Assembly: GCA_034370385.1 (NCBI GenBank)
Contig: JAXMKZ010000004.1
Coordinates: forward strand, 1,238-65,237
DNA from: Coriobacteriia bacterium
GTDB lineage: Bacteria; Actinomycetota; Coriobacteriia; Anaerosomatales; PHET01
Length of the DNA: 64,000 nucleotides
Direction: 5' to 3'
In this document: piece after piece, positions 46,473-56,977 of the stretch
How positions within the stretch are numbered: the stretch's first letter is position 1
Layout: each line of letters begins with the position of its first letter
Notes under the pieces: generated by a model
Database searches by the model: none
What the model was told of the DNA's origin: nothing
The model's input: only the letters and a program-made list of their open reading frames with translations
Program-made: the position numbers and the translations under genes

Positions 46473-47855
46473 TCACGATGTCCGGTACGGTGCGGCGTCC
46501 TCGGCGATGTAGTACTTCCTGTTGGGATCATTCGGCGATGACCCGACCTCGACCACCAAACCAGCCTCCACAAGCGACTTGAGGCGCTCCCGTGCCGAGC
46601 GTGGAGTGCGCTCGATTCGTCGGGCGACCTCGCTTGTCGACAGCGGGCCCGCGCCGGCGAGTTCCTGCAGGACGCGAGCGTCTGCCGCCTTGACGCTGAC
46701 TCGGCCGCCTTCGCCGACATCTGCGTAGAGCGTGACACGAATCTGCTGCGCCATCTCCTCGATGCGCGGATCCGCGAGCCCTGCGGCGCGGCATGCCTCG
46801 ATCGCGCGGGGAATCCCCGTCCCCCACTGCTCGATGATGCCGAGTTCCCGGAAGACGCGGGCGATCACGCGATTGCGCACGCGAGAGACCCCGCCCAAGA
46901 CGTCCTCGACAGTGAGACCAGGGAGCAGCAGGCCCGGACTATCCACCTCGATTCTGTCGTCGTGGATCGCGACTCGTATCCGGAGGCCGGGCAAGGAGTA
47001 GTCGGCGTGCACGACCGCATTCACGATGACCTCACGCACGGCGACGAGCGGATACTGCCAGCTCTCGGTCCGCGCAAGCCCCTCGATCTCGTAGCGCTGC
47101 GCGATGTTGCGACGCACGAACGCCATGGTGTGCTCCAGCGCAACCGGCAGACACCCGCCATAGATCGCGGCATCCGTGAAGGTGCTGCGCGAGAAGCCTG
47201 CAAACCGTGCCACCTCGATAACCGCATCAGGGAACGTGGCCTCGCGGTCCACACCGAACAGCAGCACGCCGCCGACGGTCGGACACAGTTGCCCCTCACG
47301 TTCCGTCAACAGCCGCAGCGTCTTCAGCGCCCGTCTGTCTATGTGACGCCTGCCGTCGAACACCGCTTGCACCGCAGCCACATCGAGCGCATCGTCACCC
47401 AGCGTCGCAAGCGCGACTTCGTCGTAGGTCGGCCCCGACACCGAGCGACCGATCTGCGCAGCCATAGCTGCATCCGCACGCCGATTGGTGGAGCCGACGC
47501 GAACGTAGACCCCCTGCGCATCCCCCTCGCCCGCGACGCGATACGGGCGCGAGGCCCCCGGGTGCACACGAACCGCGAGTAGACTCTTGTCGCGCCACGT
47601 GACCACATCGATCTCGGGCGCGATCAGGGGCTCCACCGAGTCTGCGATGATGTTCGCCAAGCGCTCTTCGAGATCGAGCGGATCATCGACACCCACGATC
47701 TCGCGCGTACGGTCCGCCACACCGATGAGCACCGTGCCGCCGGCCGAATTGGCAAACGCAACAACCGTTCGCACGATTCCGCGCGGAGATGAGGCGTCCC
47801 TCTTGAACTCAAGAGTCTTGCCTTCATGACAGGTCAGCAGGTGATTGAGGTCCAT
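46473..47855 (-). CDS. AlbA_2 (Schlafen-like) plus HATPase_c_4 plus C-terminal wHTH protein (often annotated ATP-binding / putative transcriptional regulator)
   Basis: HEGKTLEFKRD...VVAFANSAGGTVLIGV is an AlbA_2 signature. REVIVNAVVHADY... is GHKL-like. C-terminal LSTSEVARRIERTPRSARERLKSLVEAGLV. Confidence 0.75.
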   Translation of the reverse strand: MDLNHLLTCHEGKTLEFKRDASSPRGIVRTVVAFANSAGGTVLIGVADRTREIVGVDDPLDLEERLANIIADSVEPLIAPEIDVVTWRDKSLLAVRVHPGASRPYRVAGEGDAQGVYVRVGSTNRRADAAMAAQIGRSVSGPTYDEVALATLGDDALDVAAVQAVFDGRRHIDRRALKTLRLLTEREGQLCPTVGGVLLFGVDREATFPDAVIEVARFAGFSRSTFTDAAIYGGCLPVALEHTMAFVRRNIAQRYEIEGLARTESWQYPLVAVREVIVNAVVHADYSLPGLRIRVAIHDDRIEVDSPGLLLPGLTVEDVLGGVSRVRNRVIARVFRELGIIEQWGTGIPRAIEACRAAGLADPRIEEMAQQIRVTLYADVGEGGRVSVKAADARVLQELAGAGPLSTSEVARRIERTPRSARERLKSLVEAGLVVEVGSSPNDPNRKYYIAEDAAPYRTS

Positions 47856-47909
47856 GCTAGGAAATCTACTCTGAAGATGCGCAGCGCACAAGACTTCCGA
47901 GTAGATTTC

Positions 47910-48725
47910 CTACTTCCCCTTGCGGGCCTTGCGCACGTCGCCGTCGACGATGGCGAAGAAGACCTCGGGCAGCAGACCCTTCAGTCGGAAGTAGAACGCC
48001 GAGAGCGCGTCGGGGATCACGTGGTAGTGACCGCGGTCGATGGCCCGCATCACCGCGTGCGCAACCTTCTCCGGCGAGATCGGCTTGATCCCGCCTGCTA
48101 TGACGTCGGTCTCGTACGGGCGCAGCGTGTGCTCGTGGGTGAGTGCCGGCGTGTCGGTGTCGGGCGGGCACACCACCGAGACCGTGACGCCCGCCGGTTT
48201 CATCTCGAAACGCAGGGCCTCGGTGAAGCCCATCACGGCGAACTTCGCTGACGAGTAGCCGGTGTAGCCGTAGATGCCGAGGTAGCCCGCCACTGAGCTC
48301 ACGTTGACGATGTGGCCGTGGCCGCGCTCCACCATGCCCGGAGCGGCCGCACGACACGGGTAGACGACGCTCCAGAAGCCGTGCTCGATGTTCATCTCGA
48401 ACGACTCGAGCGGCATGGAGATGAACTCGCCCGGAATGATGACGCCGGCGGAGTTGACGAGGATCTCGGGCGAGAAGCCGTCGGCGGCGAGTTCGGCGAA
48501 GGCGGCGCCGGTGGCTTCCCACGATGAGAGGTCGGCGCTCTTCCATGCGATGCGCTGATTCGGGGTCGACGCCTCGGCGCGCACCGCTTCCGCAGCGGCT
48601 TCCAGCCGACCGGCGTCGCGCGCAACCAGCGCCACATTGTACCCTCGGCGCGCCAACTCCTTGGCGCAGGCCAGCCCGATGCCCGAGCTGCCGCCCGTGA
48701 CGATCGCCGTGCGGTCACTCGCCAT
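47910..48725 (-). CDS. Classical SDR oxidoreductase; the C-terminal region resembles 3-ketodihydrosphingosine-reductase-type SDRs
   Basis: TAIVTGGSSGIGLA, YSSAKFAV (YxxxK), VVCPPDTDTP. ATG 48725; the upstream part of the longest ORF is an SRSP-rich artefact. Confidence 0.75.
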   Translation of the reverse strand: MASDRTAIVTGGSSGIGLACAKELARRGYNVALVARDAGRLEAAAEAVRAEASTPNQRIAWKSADLSSWEATGAAFAELAADGFSPEILVNSAGVIIPGEFISMPLESFEMNIEHGFWSVVYPCRAAAPGMVERGHGHIVNVSSVAGYLGIYGYTGYSSAKFAVMGFTEALRFEMKPAGVTVSVVCPPDTDTPALTHEHTLRPYETDVIAGGIKPISPEKVAHAVMRAIDRGHYHVIPDALSAFYFRLKGLLPEVFFAIVDGDVRKARKGK

Positions 48726-49476
48726 GTGCGGGCTCCGGTTCGGCGGCAGGCTCGGGCTCGGGCTCGACCCCGGCTTCGGCCGCGGGCTCAGGCTCCGATT
48801 CGGCCGCGGGCCCGGGCTCCGGCTCCGGCTCCGGCTCTGGTGCGAACGCTTCGTACACGTCCTCAGCAGCAAGGATCTCTCCCGCAGTCACACGATCCAG
48901 CGTGTCGGACTCGAAGACCGCGTCGAGCAGCTTCTCGAGCTGCGCTGGGCCCTCAAGGCGCTCCATGCCGATGGCGCGCACCTGCGCCACGAGCTCTGCG
49001 TAGGGCCCCCACGCCGCACCGAACTGCTCGGAGAGCTGCTTGCGCAGCCGCTTGGCGAGCTGCGGAGCTACGCCACCGGTCGACACGGCGATCTGAAGCG
49101 GTTCACGGTGGACCATACCGGGCACGATGAAGCTCGAGAGCTTCGGATTGTCCGCGACGGTCACGAGCGCCCCCACCAACAACGCCTCTTCGAACACGGC
49201 GCGCTGCACTTCGGGCTCCGCCGACGCACAGACCACGAGCGCGGCGCCTGCCAGATCTCCGCGCACGTACTCACGCGCCTCGACGATGATGTGGCCGTCG
49301 CTTTCCGCCTCGACGAGCTCTTCGCTCGGATCGGGGCCGACCACCGTCACGTCCGCGCCGTAGCGCACGAGCTGGCGCGCCTTGCGCTCGACCGATGGAC
49401 CCGAGCCCAAGACGACCACGGATCTGCCGGTCAGGTCGAGGAACGCAGGATAGTAGCGCTTCGTCCTCTCCCCCAT
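48715..49476 (-). CDS. Precorrin-2 dehydrogenase / sirohydrochlorin ferrochelatase-like (SirC/CysG N-terminal type) with acidic Pro-Glu repeat tail
   Basis: YYPAFLDLTGRSVVVLGSGPSVERKARQLVRYGADVTVV. The C-terminal ~50 aa read PEPEPEPEPGPAAESEPEPAAEAGVEPEPEPAAEPEP. Confidence 0.8.
   Translation of the reverse strand: MGERTKRYYPAFLDLTGRSVVVLGSGPSVERKARQLVRYGADVTVVGPDPSEELVEAESDGHIIVEAREYVRGDLAGAALVVCASAEPEVQRAVFEEALLVGALVTVADNPKLSSFIVPGMVHREPLQIAVSTGGVAPQLAKRLRKQLSEQFGAAWGPYAELVAQVRAIGMERLEGPAQLEKLLDAVFESDTLDRVTAGEILAAEDVYEAFAPEPEPEPEPGPAAESEPEPAAEAGVEPEPEPAAEPEPAHGE
48731..48840. repeat. Degenerate GGCTCS hexanucleotide low-complexity tract (encodes the PE-rich tail)
   Basis: ggctccggttcggc...ctcgggctcgggctcg...gggctccggctccggctccggctc, read directly. 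Confidence 0.8.
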
Positions 49477-49488
49477 CAAGAAATCCCC

Positions 49489-50325
49489 CTACAACTGACC
49501 GAAGACATGGAACCCGACGGGGAGCGTGCGCGCGATGATGGCAAGGATGACCACGAAGACGAACCCGAGCACCGCCACCCACGCCACGGTGTGGTTCGAG
49601 ATGTCGGGACGGTAGGCCAGAACCAGGTAGATGGCGAAGGTGATGAGCACGACGCCCGACATCATGATGCGCGCGTCGAAGAACCACCCGCCGACGTCGA
49701 CCTGGATCGCACGAATGATGCCGAGGGACAGCCCTGCGGTGTAGACGGGGAATGCCAGGGCGATGGCGCGGCGCGAAACCATCTGGAGGGTGGCAAGCGA
49801 GGGCAGGCGACGGCTCATGCGATTGCTGCGATGGGACTTGAGCTGGGAGCTCTGATACAGGTAGAGCAGCGCCGACACGGCGCCCACGGCAAAACCCGCG
49901 TTGGCGAAGACGATAAGGCCCACGTGAAAGGCCACGCCCCATCCGCTGAGGATCTCGGGCTGAGGCGCCAGCGAAGCCTCGCTCCCGCCCATAAGCTGTG
50001 CCGCGGCCATGAGCACGACGGCCACCGGGATGAGAAACGCCCCGTAGGACCGGATCTTCAGCAGATGCTCCATGACGAAGTACAGGAGCACGAGCGCCCA
50101 ACTGGCCAGTACGAGCTGGTTGGAGCCGGTCAGAGGTGTACCGTCGTTGGCTACGGAGTTCGCACCGATGGCCAGAGTCTGCAGAATGAATCCCGCGCCC
50201 GTGGCAAACCGCGCCCACCACGCGACCTTCTGGCGGCGAAGAACGAACTGATAGGCGTAGAGGACCGTCGCGACGACGTACAGCGCGAATGCGAACCAGT
50301 AGAGTACGACAGATAGCTGCTCCAC
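49489..50325 (-). CDS. HemX/CcsA-like cytochrome c assembly family membrane protein without a canonical WWD motif
   Basis: 278 aa, about 8 TM. The topology and position (ccm/hem junction) resemble B. subtilis HemX. Only a degenerate GGWFFDARI stands in place of WGxxWxWD. Confidence 0.65.
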   Translation of the reverse strand: MEQLSVVLYWFAFALYVVATVLYAYQFVLRRQKVAWWARFATGAGFILQTLAIGANSVANDGTPLTGSNQLVLASWALVLLYFVMEHLLKIRSYGAFLIPVAVVLMAAAQLMGGSEASLAPQPEILSGWGVAFHVGLIVFANAGFAVGAVSALLYLYQSSQLKSHRSNRMSRRLPSLATLQMVSRRAIALAFPVYTAGLSLGIIRAIQVDVGGWFFDARIMMSGVVLITFAIYLVLAYRPDISNHTVAWVAVLGFVFVVILAIIARTLPVGFHVFGQL

Positions 50326-50458
50326 GAGCGTGCCTCAAGCCCCTTCGGTCGAAACCTCTATCCCCAGCGGCAGACTACGAACCGCTGCCACTAGAGTATA
50401 CGAACTGACTCGCCACGCGCACTTCATGCCGTGGCGACACCGCGTCCGGCCCTCGGTC

Positions 50459-50644
50459 CTATTCGCCGGCGCGCTTGGAGACCGCGCCCTCAAGCACGTC
50501 GACTTCCTTCTCAAGCCGCATGATGCGCCGCAGCACCATCGTGAGGTAGACGACGAAGGCGACCCACAGGATCGCGTAGGCCCCGATGACGAAGGGCGCG
50601 TCCGTGAGTGCGAGGCGGTAGAGTTCAAGGTTGGTGGGTTCCAT
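50459..50644 (-). CDS. ccmD: CcmD-like small heme-exporter subunit
   Basis: 61 aa with a single TM (FVIGAYAILWVAFVVYLTMVL) followed by RRIMRLEKEV. Lies directly after ccmC. Confidence 0.7.
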   Translation of the reverse strand: MEPTNLELYRLALTDAPFVIGAYAILWVAFVVYLTMVLRRIMRLEKEVDVLEGAVSKRAGE

Positions 50645-50695
50645 CAGCTACGACTTCCTTTCGACAGTCCGGTACGTTTGCTCCGACGCGGGCGT

Positions 50696-51454
50696 TCAGC
50701 CCTCGAGTGTCTCCTTGGCGATCTCGACGCGCTCCCGCAGCCGCTCTTCGCTCATGCGCGAGACGTAGATGCCGTATCCGATCATGAGCATGCCGATCTG
50801 GGCCACGATGAACGGCATCAGGTTCGATGAGGCCATACCCGGCTGGAACACCACGGGGTGGTTCGAGGGAATGACCCGGGTGATCATGAAGGACAGCGGC
50901 GCGTTGATAGCGGCGAGGATCGCAAACACCGCAGCGTACGTGGCGCGACGCTCCTCCTCTTCGATCGAGTTTCGCAAGACGAAGTAGGCGATCATCATGA
51001 GCATCATGATGAAGTACGTGGTGAGACGAGGCTCCCACTCCCACCACACACCCCACGAGGCCTTGGTCCACAGCACGCCCGTGATCATCGTGAGCACGAC
51101 GAACACCAGCGAGGTCTCCATGGCGATGCGGGACTTGGTGTCGTACTCGGCCCGCTTGGTCATGAGGAAGCGTACGGCGAATATCGCCGAGATTATGAGC
51201 ACGAGGAACGACGCCTCGGCCACCGGCACGTGGAAGTAGAAGATCTTCTGACTGAACCACGGGCGAACGTAGGCGATGCCCTCGGCCGGCTGCAACTGAT
51301 CTGGCGCCACGGGGAACACCGTCTCGATGGGTGCGTCGAAGGTCACCGTTCCGAACTGCTGCACCTCGGCGGTGTAGAAGGCCATGAGGAACGCGACGGT
51401 CGTGAGAACCCCGCCGATCAAGACGAGTACCACAGCGATCTTGAGCTGTTTCAC
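50696..51454 (-). CDS. ccmC: Heme exporter protein CcmC
   Basis: GTG 51454 with a GGAAGGAG SD. Trp-rich motif WGVWWEWEPRLT (WGxxWxW[D/E]PRLT). Confidence 0.85.
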   Translation of the reverse strand: MKQLKIAVVLVLIGGVLTTVAFLMAFYTAEVQQFGTVTFDAPIETVFPVAPDQLQPAEGIAYVRPWFSQKIFYFHVPVAEASFLVLIISAIFAVRFLMTKRAEYDTKSRIAMETSLVFVVLTMITGVLWTKASWGVWWEWEPRLTTYFIMMLMMIAYFVLRNSIEEEERRATYAAVFAILAAINAPLSFMITRVIPSNHPVVFQPGMASSNLMPFIVAQIGMLMIGYGIYVSRMSEERLRERVEIAKETLEG

Positions 51455-51494
51455 GCGCACTCCTTCCGATAGGAAGACACCGGCGCCGCGTGCA

Positions 51495-52220
51495 TCACGC
51501 GCCGAGGACGAACTCGTAGAGGGCGAAGGCCGCAAGCAGCATGACCGCATCGTACCCCGCCGCGATGCCCATCATCTGCCAGTACGTGTTCACGTACCCC
51601 GGATCGGCCTGCAACACCGCCGCCGACGCTGCGACCACCGCCAGGAGCAGCGGGAACATGATCGGGATGAACAGTACCGCCAAGATGAAGTCCTTGCCCT
51701 TGGTGTTCACCGACATGGTAGCGAGCAGCGTGCCCACCCCGGCGATACCGATCGAACCGACCAGCAGCGCCAACGCGAGCATCCACATTGGTCCGCCGGA
51801 CGCCGCACCCGGGCGCGAGAGGAAGATGAAGAAGAACAGCGGCACGATCATCACCTCGACGATGAGCAGGAAGATGAGGTTGCCCACCGCCTTGCCGAAG
51901 AAGATCACCGGACGGTCGGTGGGCGAGATGAGCAAAGCGTCAAGACAACCCTGGTCCTTCTCGTGTACGAGCGAGCGGTTCAGACCGAGGAGCGACGTGA
52001 AGATGAACACGAGCCACAGCAGGCCGGCCGCGATGCGCCGGACTTCGAAGTCCGCACCCGCCTGCGACAGCGTGATGTAGTAGACGACGAGGACGAGCAG
52101 GGCATACAGGCCCATCGAAGTGAGCATCTCTTTGGTGCGCAGCTCCATGACGATGTCCTTCTTCAGGATCGCCTTGAACTGACGCCACGACGACATGTTC
52201 GAGGTGCGCTCGCGTGCCAC
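51495..52220 (-). CDS. ccmB: Heme exporter protein CcmB (ABC permease)
   Basis: 241 aa, 6 TM. FKAILKKDIVMELRTKE N-terminus. Lies between ccmA and ccmC. An alternative ATG start is at 52196. Confidence 0.8.
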   Translation of the reverse strand: MARERTSNMSSWRQFKAILKKDIVMELRTKEMLTSMGLYALLVLVVYYITLSQAGADFEVRRIAAGLLWLVFIFTSLLGLNRSLVHEKDQGCLDALLISPTDRPVIFFGKAVGNLIFLLIVEVMIVPLFFFIFLSRPGAASGGPMWMLALALLVGSIGIAGVGTLLATMSVNTKGKDFILAVLFIPIMFPLLLAVVAASAAVLQADPGYVNTYWQMMGIAAGYDAVMLLAAFALYEFVLGA

Positions 52221-52952
52221 CTAGCTCACCCCCAGACCCACGGTTGAGCGGTAGGTCTGCTGGAACTCGTCCTCGTCGATGAGCTCCTTGTCCTGATAGA
52301 GCACGATCTTGCCCTTCGCCAGAATCAGCGCGTGGCTACACAGTTCGAGCCCCTTGGTCAGATCGTGGCTCACCATGACGAACGTCCGACCCTCTCGGAT
52401 ACGCTCGAGCAGGCCGTCGAGGATGTCCATCGCGTGCGGATCCAGCCCCGAGTACGGCTCGTCGAGGAAGATGAGCGCCGGATCGTGCAGCAGCGCGCGT
52501 GCTATCGACAACCTCTGCAGCATGCCGCGCGAGAAGGTGCGCACGAGGTCGAGCCGCCGATGGTCCAGCTCCACCGCGTCAAGCAGCTCGTGAATGCGCT
52601 CCTTGGGGTTGTCGATGCAGTAGATCTCAGCGAAGAACTCGAGGTTCTCCTCGGCGGAAAGGTCGGGGTACAGCAAGGGGTTGTGGCTGATGAAGCCGAT
52701 ACGTTCGCGCAGTTCCACCGCACCCTGGACGACGTCGAAGCCAAGCACCTTCGCCGACCCCTTCGACGGGGTGGTAAGCGTCGAGAGCACCTTGAGTAGC
52801 GTGGTCTTCCCCGCGCCGTTGGGGCCGAAGATCGACAGGAACGCGCCTTCGGTCAGGTCGAAGTCGACCCCGTCGAGGGCCTTGCGTGCGCCGAAGGTCC
52901 GGGAGAGTTCCCGGACCTCCAGCGCATTCGGTGTCTGTGTGTTATCGGTCAT
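52221..52952 (-). CDS. ccmA: Heme ABC exporter ATP-binding protein CcmA
   Basis: GPNGAGKTTLLK (Walker A), LSRGMLQRLSIA (signature-like), LIFLDEPYSGLD (Walker B). Confidence 0.85.
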   Translation of the reverse strand: MTDNTQTPNALEVRELSRTFGARKALDGVDFDLTEGAFLSIFGPNGAGKTTLLKVLSTLTTPSKGSAKVLGFDVVQGAVELRERIGFISHNPLLYPDLSAEENLEFFAEIYCIDNPKERIHELLDAVELDHRRLDLVRTFSRGMLQRLSIARALLHDPALIFLDEPYSGLDPHAMDILDGLLERIREGRTFVMVSHDLTKGLELCSHALILAKGKIVLYQDKELIDEDEFQQTYRSTVGLGVS

Positions 52953-52964
52953 CGACGACGGACT

Positions 52965-55091
<2,127 letters not shown>

Positions 55092-55120
55092 GTGATCCAC
55101 TCCCCTGTCCGGTGAACATG

Positions 55121-55153
55121 AAAGCACCTCGCCGGATTCTTCCGACGAGGTGC
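55121..55153 (-). terminator. Hairpin plus T-tract in the ccmE-ccmF spacer (possible attenuator or partial terminator)
   Basis: The minus strand reads GCACCTCG-14 nt-CGAGGTGC followed by TTTCATGTT. It lies between the ccmE stop (55162) and the ccmF start (55091). Confidence 0.35.
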
Positions 55154-55161
55154 TGGAGTTC

Positions 55162-55848
55162 CTACTTCTTCTCGCTTGCCTCAAGAGCGACGTCGGTGGC
55201 GGTGATGAGGCCCTCAGCGTCTACGCCGCCCTTGATGATCACCATACTCCCGTCGTTCATGCCCGCGGGCAGGGCACCGTCCCACGCGACCTTGTATGAC
55301 TTGGCGCCGGCGTCTTGAGATCCGGCGACCGAGAAGCGCGCATCGCCGCCTGGCGCAGCGATCGTGCCGGCAACCACGTAACCCGAGAACGACACGTCGT
55401 CGAGCGTCTGACCGTCCTTGATGGCGCCGACGTCCATCGCGCCCGTAGCCGACTCGTACTTCGAGGGGCACTTGGTGATCATCTCGCCGGCTTCGATGTG
55501 GCCGTCAGCCGCAAGCTCGCCGGTGATGATGGCCGTGACGCCGTCGCCGAACGTGGAGGGCACGGGACCGTTGTAGACGACCTTGACAACCGCGCCGGTG
55601 CCGTCAGTATCCGCCTCGTCGCGGATGTCGAACGTCATCGGGTTGGACTTCTTGTCCCACGAGCCGGTCACCACGGCGCCGCCCAACTTCACGCGCTCAC
55701 CCACGAGCTCGTCATCAGTGGCGACTTCTTCGACCGACTTGTAGTAGGCGGTGCTTCCACTACTGCCGATGGACGCGAAAATGGCCACAATCGACAGCAG
55801 CACGATTGCGGTGACTCCGATCAGCCTGTTGCGAGCCCTCTTGTTCAC
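55162..55848 (-). CDS. ccmE: Cytochrome c maturation heme chaperone CcmE, CxxxY variant, with an additional C-terminal OB-like domain
   Basis: N-terminal TM anchor and OB-fold. EMITKCPSKYES aligns to E. coli EVLAKHDENYTP, with Cys127 (TGC, 55468-55470) in place of the heme-binding His. About 95 extra C-terminal residues. Confidence 0.85.
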   Translation of the reverse strand: MNKRARNRLIGVTAIVLLSIVAIFASIGSSGSTAYYKSVEEVATDDELVGERVKLGGAVVTGSWDKKSNPMTFDIRDEADTDGTGAVVKVVYNGPVPSTFGDGVTAIITGELAADGHIEAGEMITKCPSKYESATGAMDVGAIKDGQTLDDVSFSGYVVAGTIAAPGGDARFSVAGSQDAGAKSYKVAWDGALPAGMNDGSMVIIKGGVDAEGLITATDVALEASEKK

Positions 55849-56056
55849 CTAGCATCCACTCCTTCGCGCAGCGTCCCATGGAGCCGCATTCGCTGAGTCT
55901 CTACGGGTGAGTGCGCGCGCGAACACGCGGGAGTGCACCGCCAATAAGACCCACTTGCCTGAACACTCGGAGTCTATCACCCGGACAGGGTGTCCGCCAC
56001 ACTGTGGCGAAGCTATCGAGTGCCCTGCTCAGTGCAATCAGCGTGCCGAACCACGG

Positions 56057-56977
56057 TCACCGCTGCAACCACTGCGCATCCGGCGTGAAACCCGTCGCGC
56101 GCATCAGCTCCAGGTAGCGGCTCGGAGCCAGAGCGGCCGAGGCACCTTCGAGCGCCACCATGGTGGCCTCGATGACGTTGGTCCCGAATGTGCGCCCCTC
56201 GAGACGCGGCGTGCTCGTGATGAGTAGCTCGACCCCTCGCGACCTCAGGAACTCCATGTCGTTGGCGGTGGTCGTGTTCGTGACGACCCACTTGCCGGAC
56301 ATGTCCTCGGGCATATAGCGGCGTACGTACTTGTAGTCACCGGCTATGACGTCGGCTCGCCGGTAGTGCTCTGCGTGCTTCGACGAGGACTGGACCTCGG
56401 TCTCGTCGTCGGCGTCGGCCTCATAGAGCCACGCGAACGGCAGCTGGACAGCGATGGGCGCAATGACCCGAATGGCGCGCTCGAGCGATGGACGCGTGGT
56501 CAGCATGAGCGGCACCCCGAGCGCGTAGAGCAGGTCGCCTGCGACCACCTGGCATCCGGCGTCGTAGAAGCCCTCGGTCATGCCCCAGCGATCGACCGCC
56601 GAGGTCACGAGCACGGACTTGCCGGCAAGCTCGAGGCCAAGATCCTCGACCATGAAGCGCACGACGTCGGCTTCGACGGCACCCTTGAGCCCGCTACCGT
56701 CCACGATCGGTGATCTGGAGACCGCGCGGCGAAAGCGCTTCGCATCGCGGAAGTAGTAGTCGTGTCCGACGGCCCGAAGATATAGGTCGATACCACCAAG
56801 CCCGAATGCGTCCACCGATCCGTCGAGCTCACTTAGACGTGTGACCGCCTTGTCCATCGACCCGTCGGTTCCCTCGCGCGCTATACGGAAGCGCTCCCCG
56901 AGCAGGTCGACTTCCACGGCGTGGTCCCTCGCGGACGAGCCGATCGAGACAGAGACTACTTCCTTGATTGCTGCCAC
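56057..56977 (-). CDS. Conserved protein of unknown function (family sometimes annotated quinate 5-dehydrogenase-like)
   Basis: 306 aa, GTG start. VSVSIGSSARDHAVEVDLLGERFRIAREGTDGS...LDGSVDAFGLGGIDLYL. The function assignment is from memory and weak. Confidence 0.5.
   Translation of the reverse strand: MAAIKEVVSVSIGSSARDHAVEVDLLGERFRIAREGTDGSMDKAVTRLSELDGSVDAFGLGGIDLYLRAVGHDYYFRDAKRFRRAVSRSPIVDGSGLKGAVEADVVRFMVEDLGLELAGKSVLVTSAVDRWGMTEGFYDAGCQVVAGDLLYALGVPLMLTTRPSLERAIRVIAPIAVQLPFAWLYEADADDETEVQSSSKHAEHYRRADVIAGDYKYVRRYMPEDMSGKWVVTNTTTANDMEFLRSRGVELLITSTPRLEGRTFGTNVIEATMVALEGASAALAPSRYLELMRATGFTPDAQWLQR

Noticed and set aside
48637-50316. 559-aa plus-strand ORF antisense to the sirC-like and hemX-like genes (similarly 17699..18946, 30964..32361, 32439..33656, 15433..16428, 26241..27164, 215..949)
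   Set aside because: All are antisense to well-supported genes and lack recognisable motifs. Their biased Arg/Asp/His composition is characteristic of non-coding frames in GC-rich DNA.
50326-50458. Internal promoter or terminator between ccmD and the hemX-like gene (two hairpins and a TATACT box on the minus strand)
   Set aside because: The hairpins lack a following T-tract and there is no -35 element. The evidence is plausible but too weak to annotate, so it is mentioned only as context.
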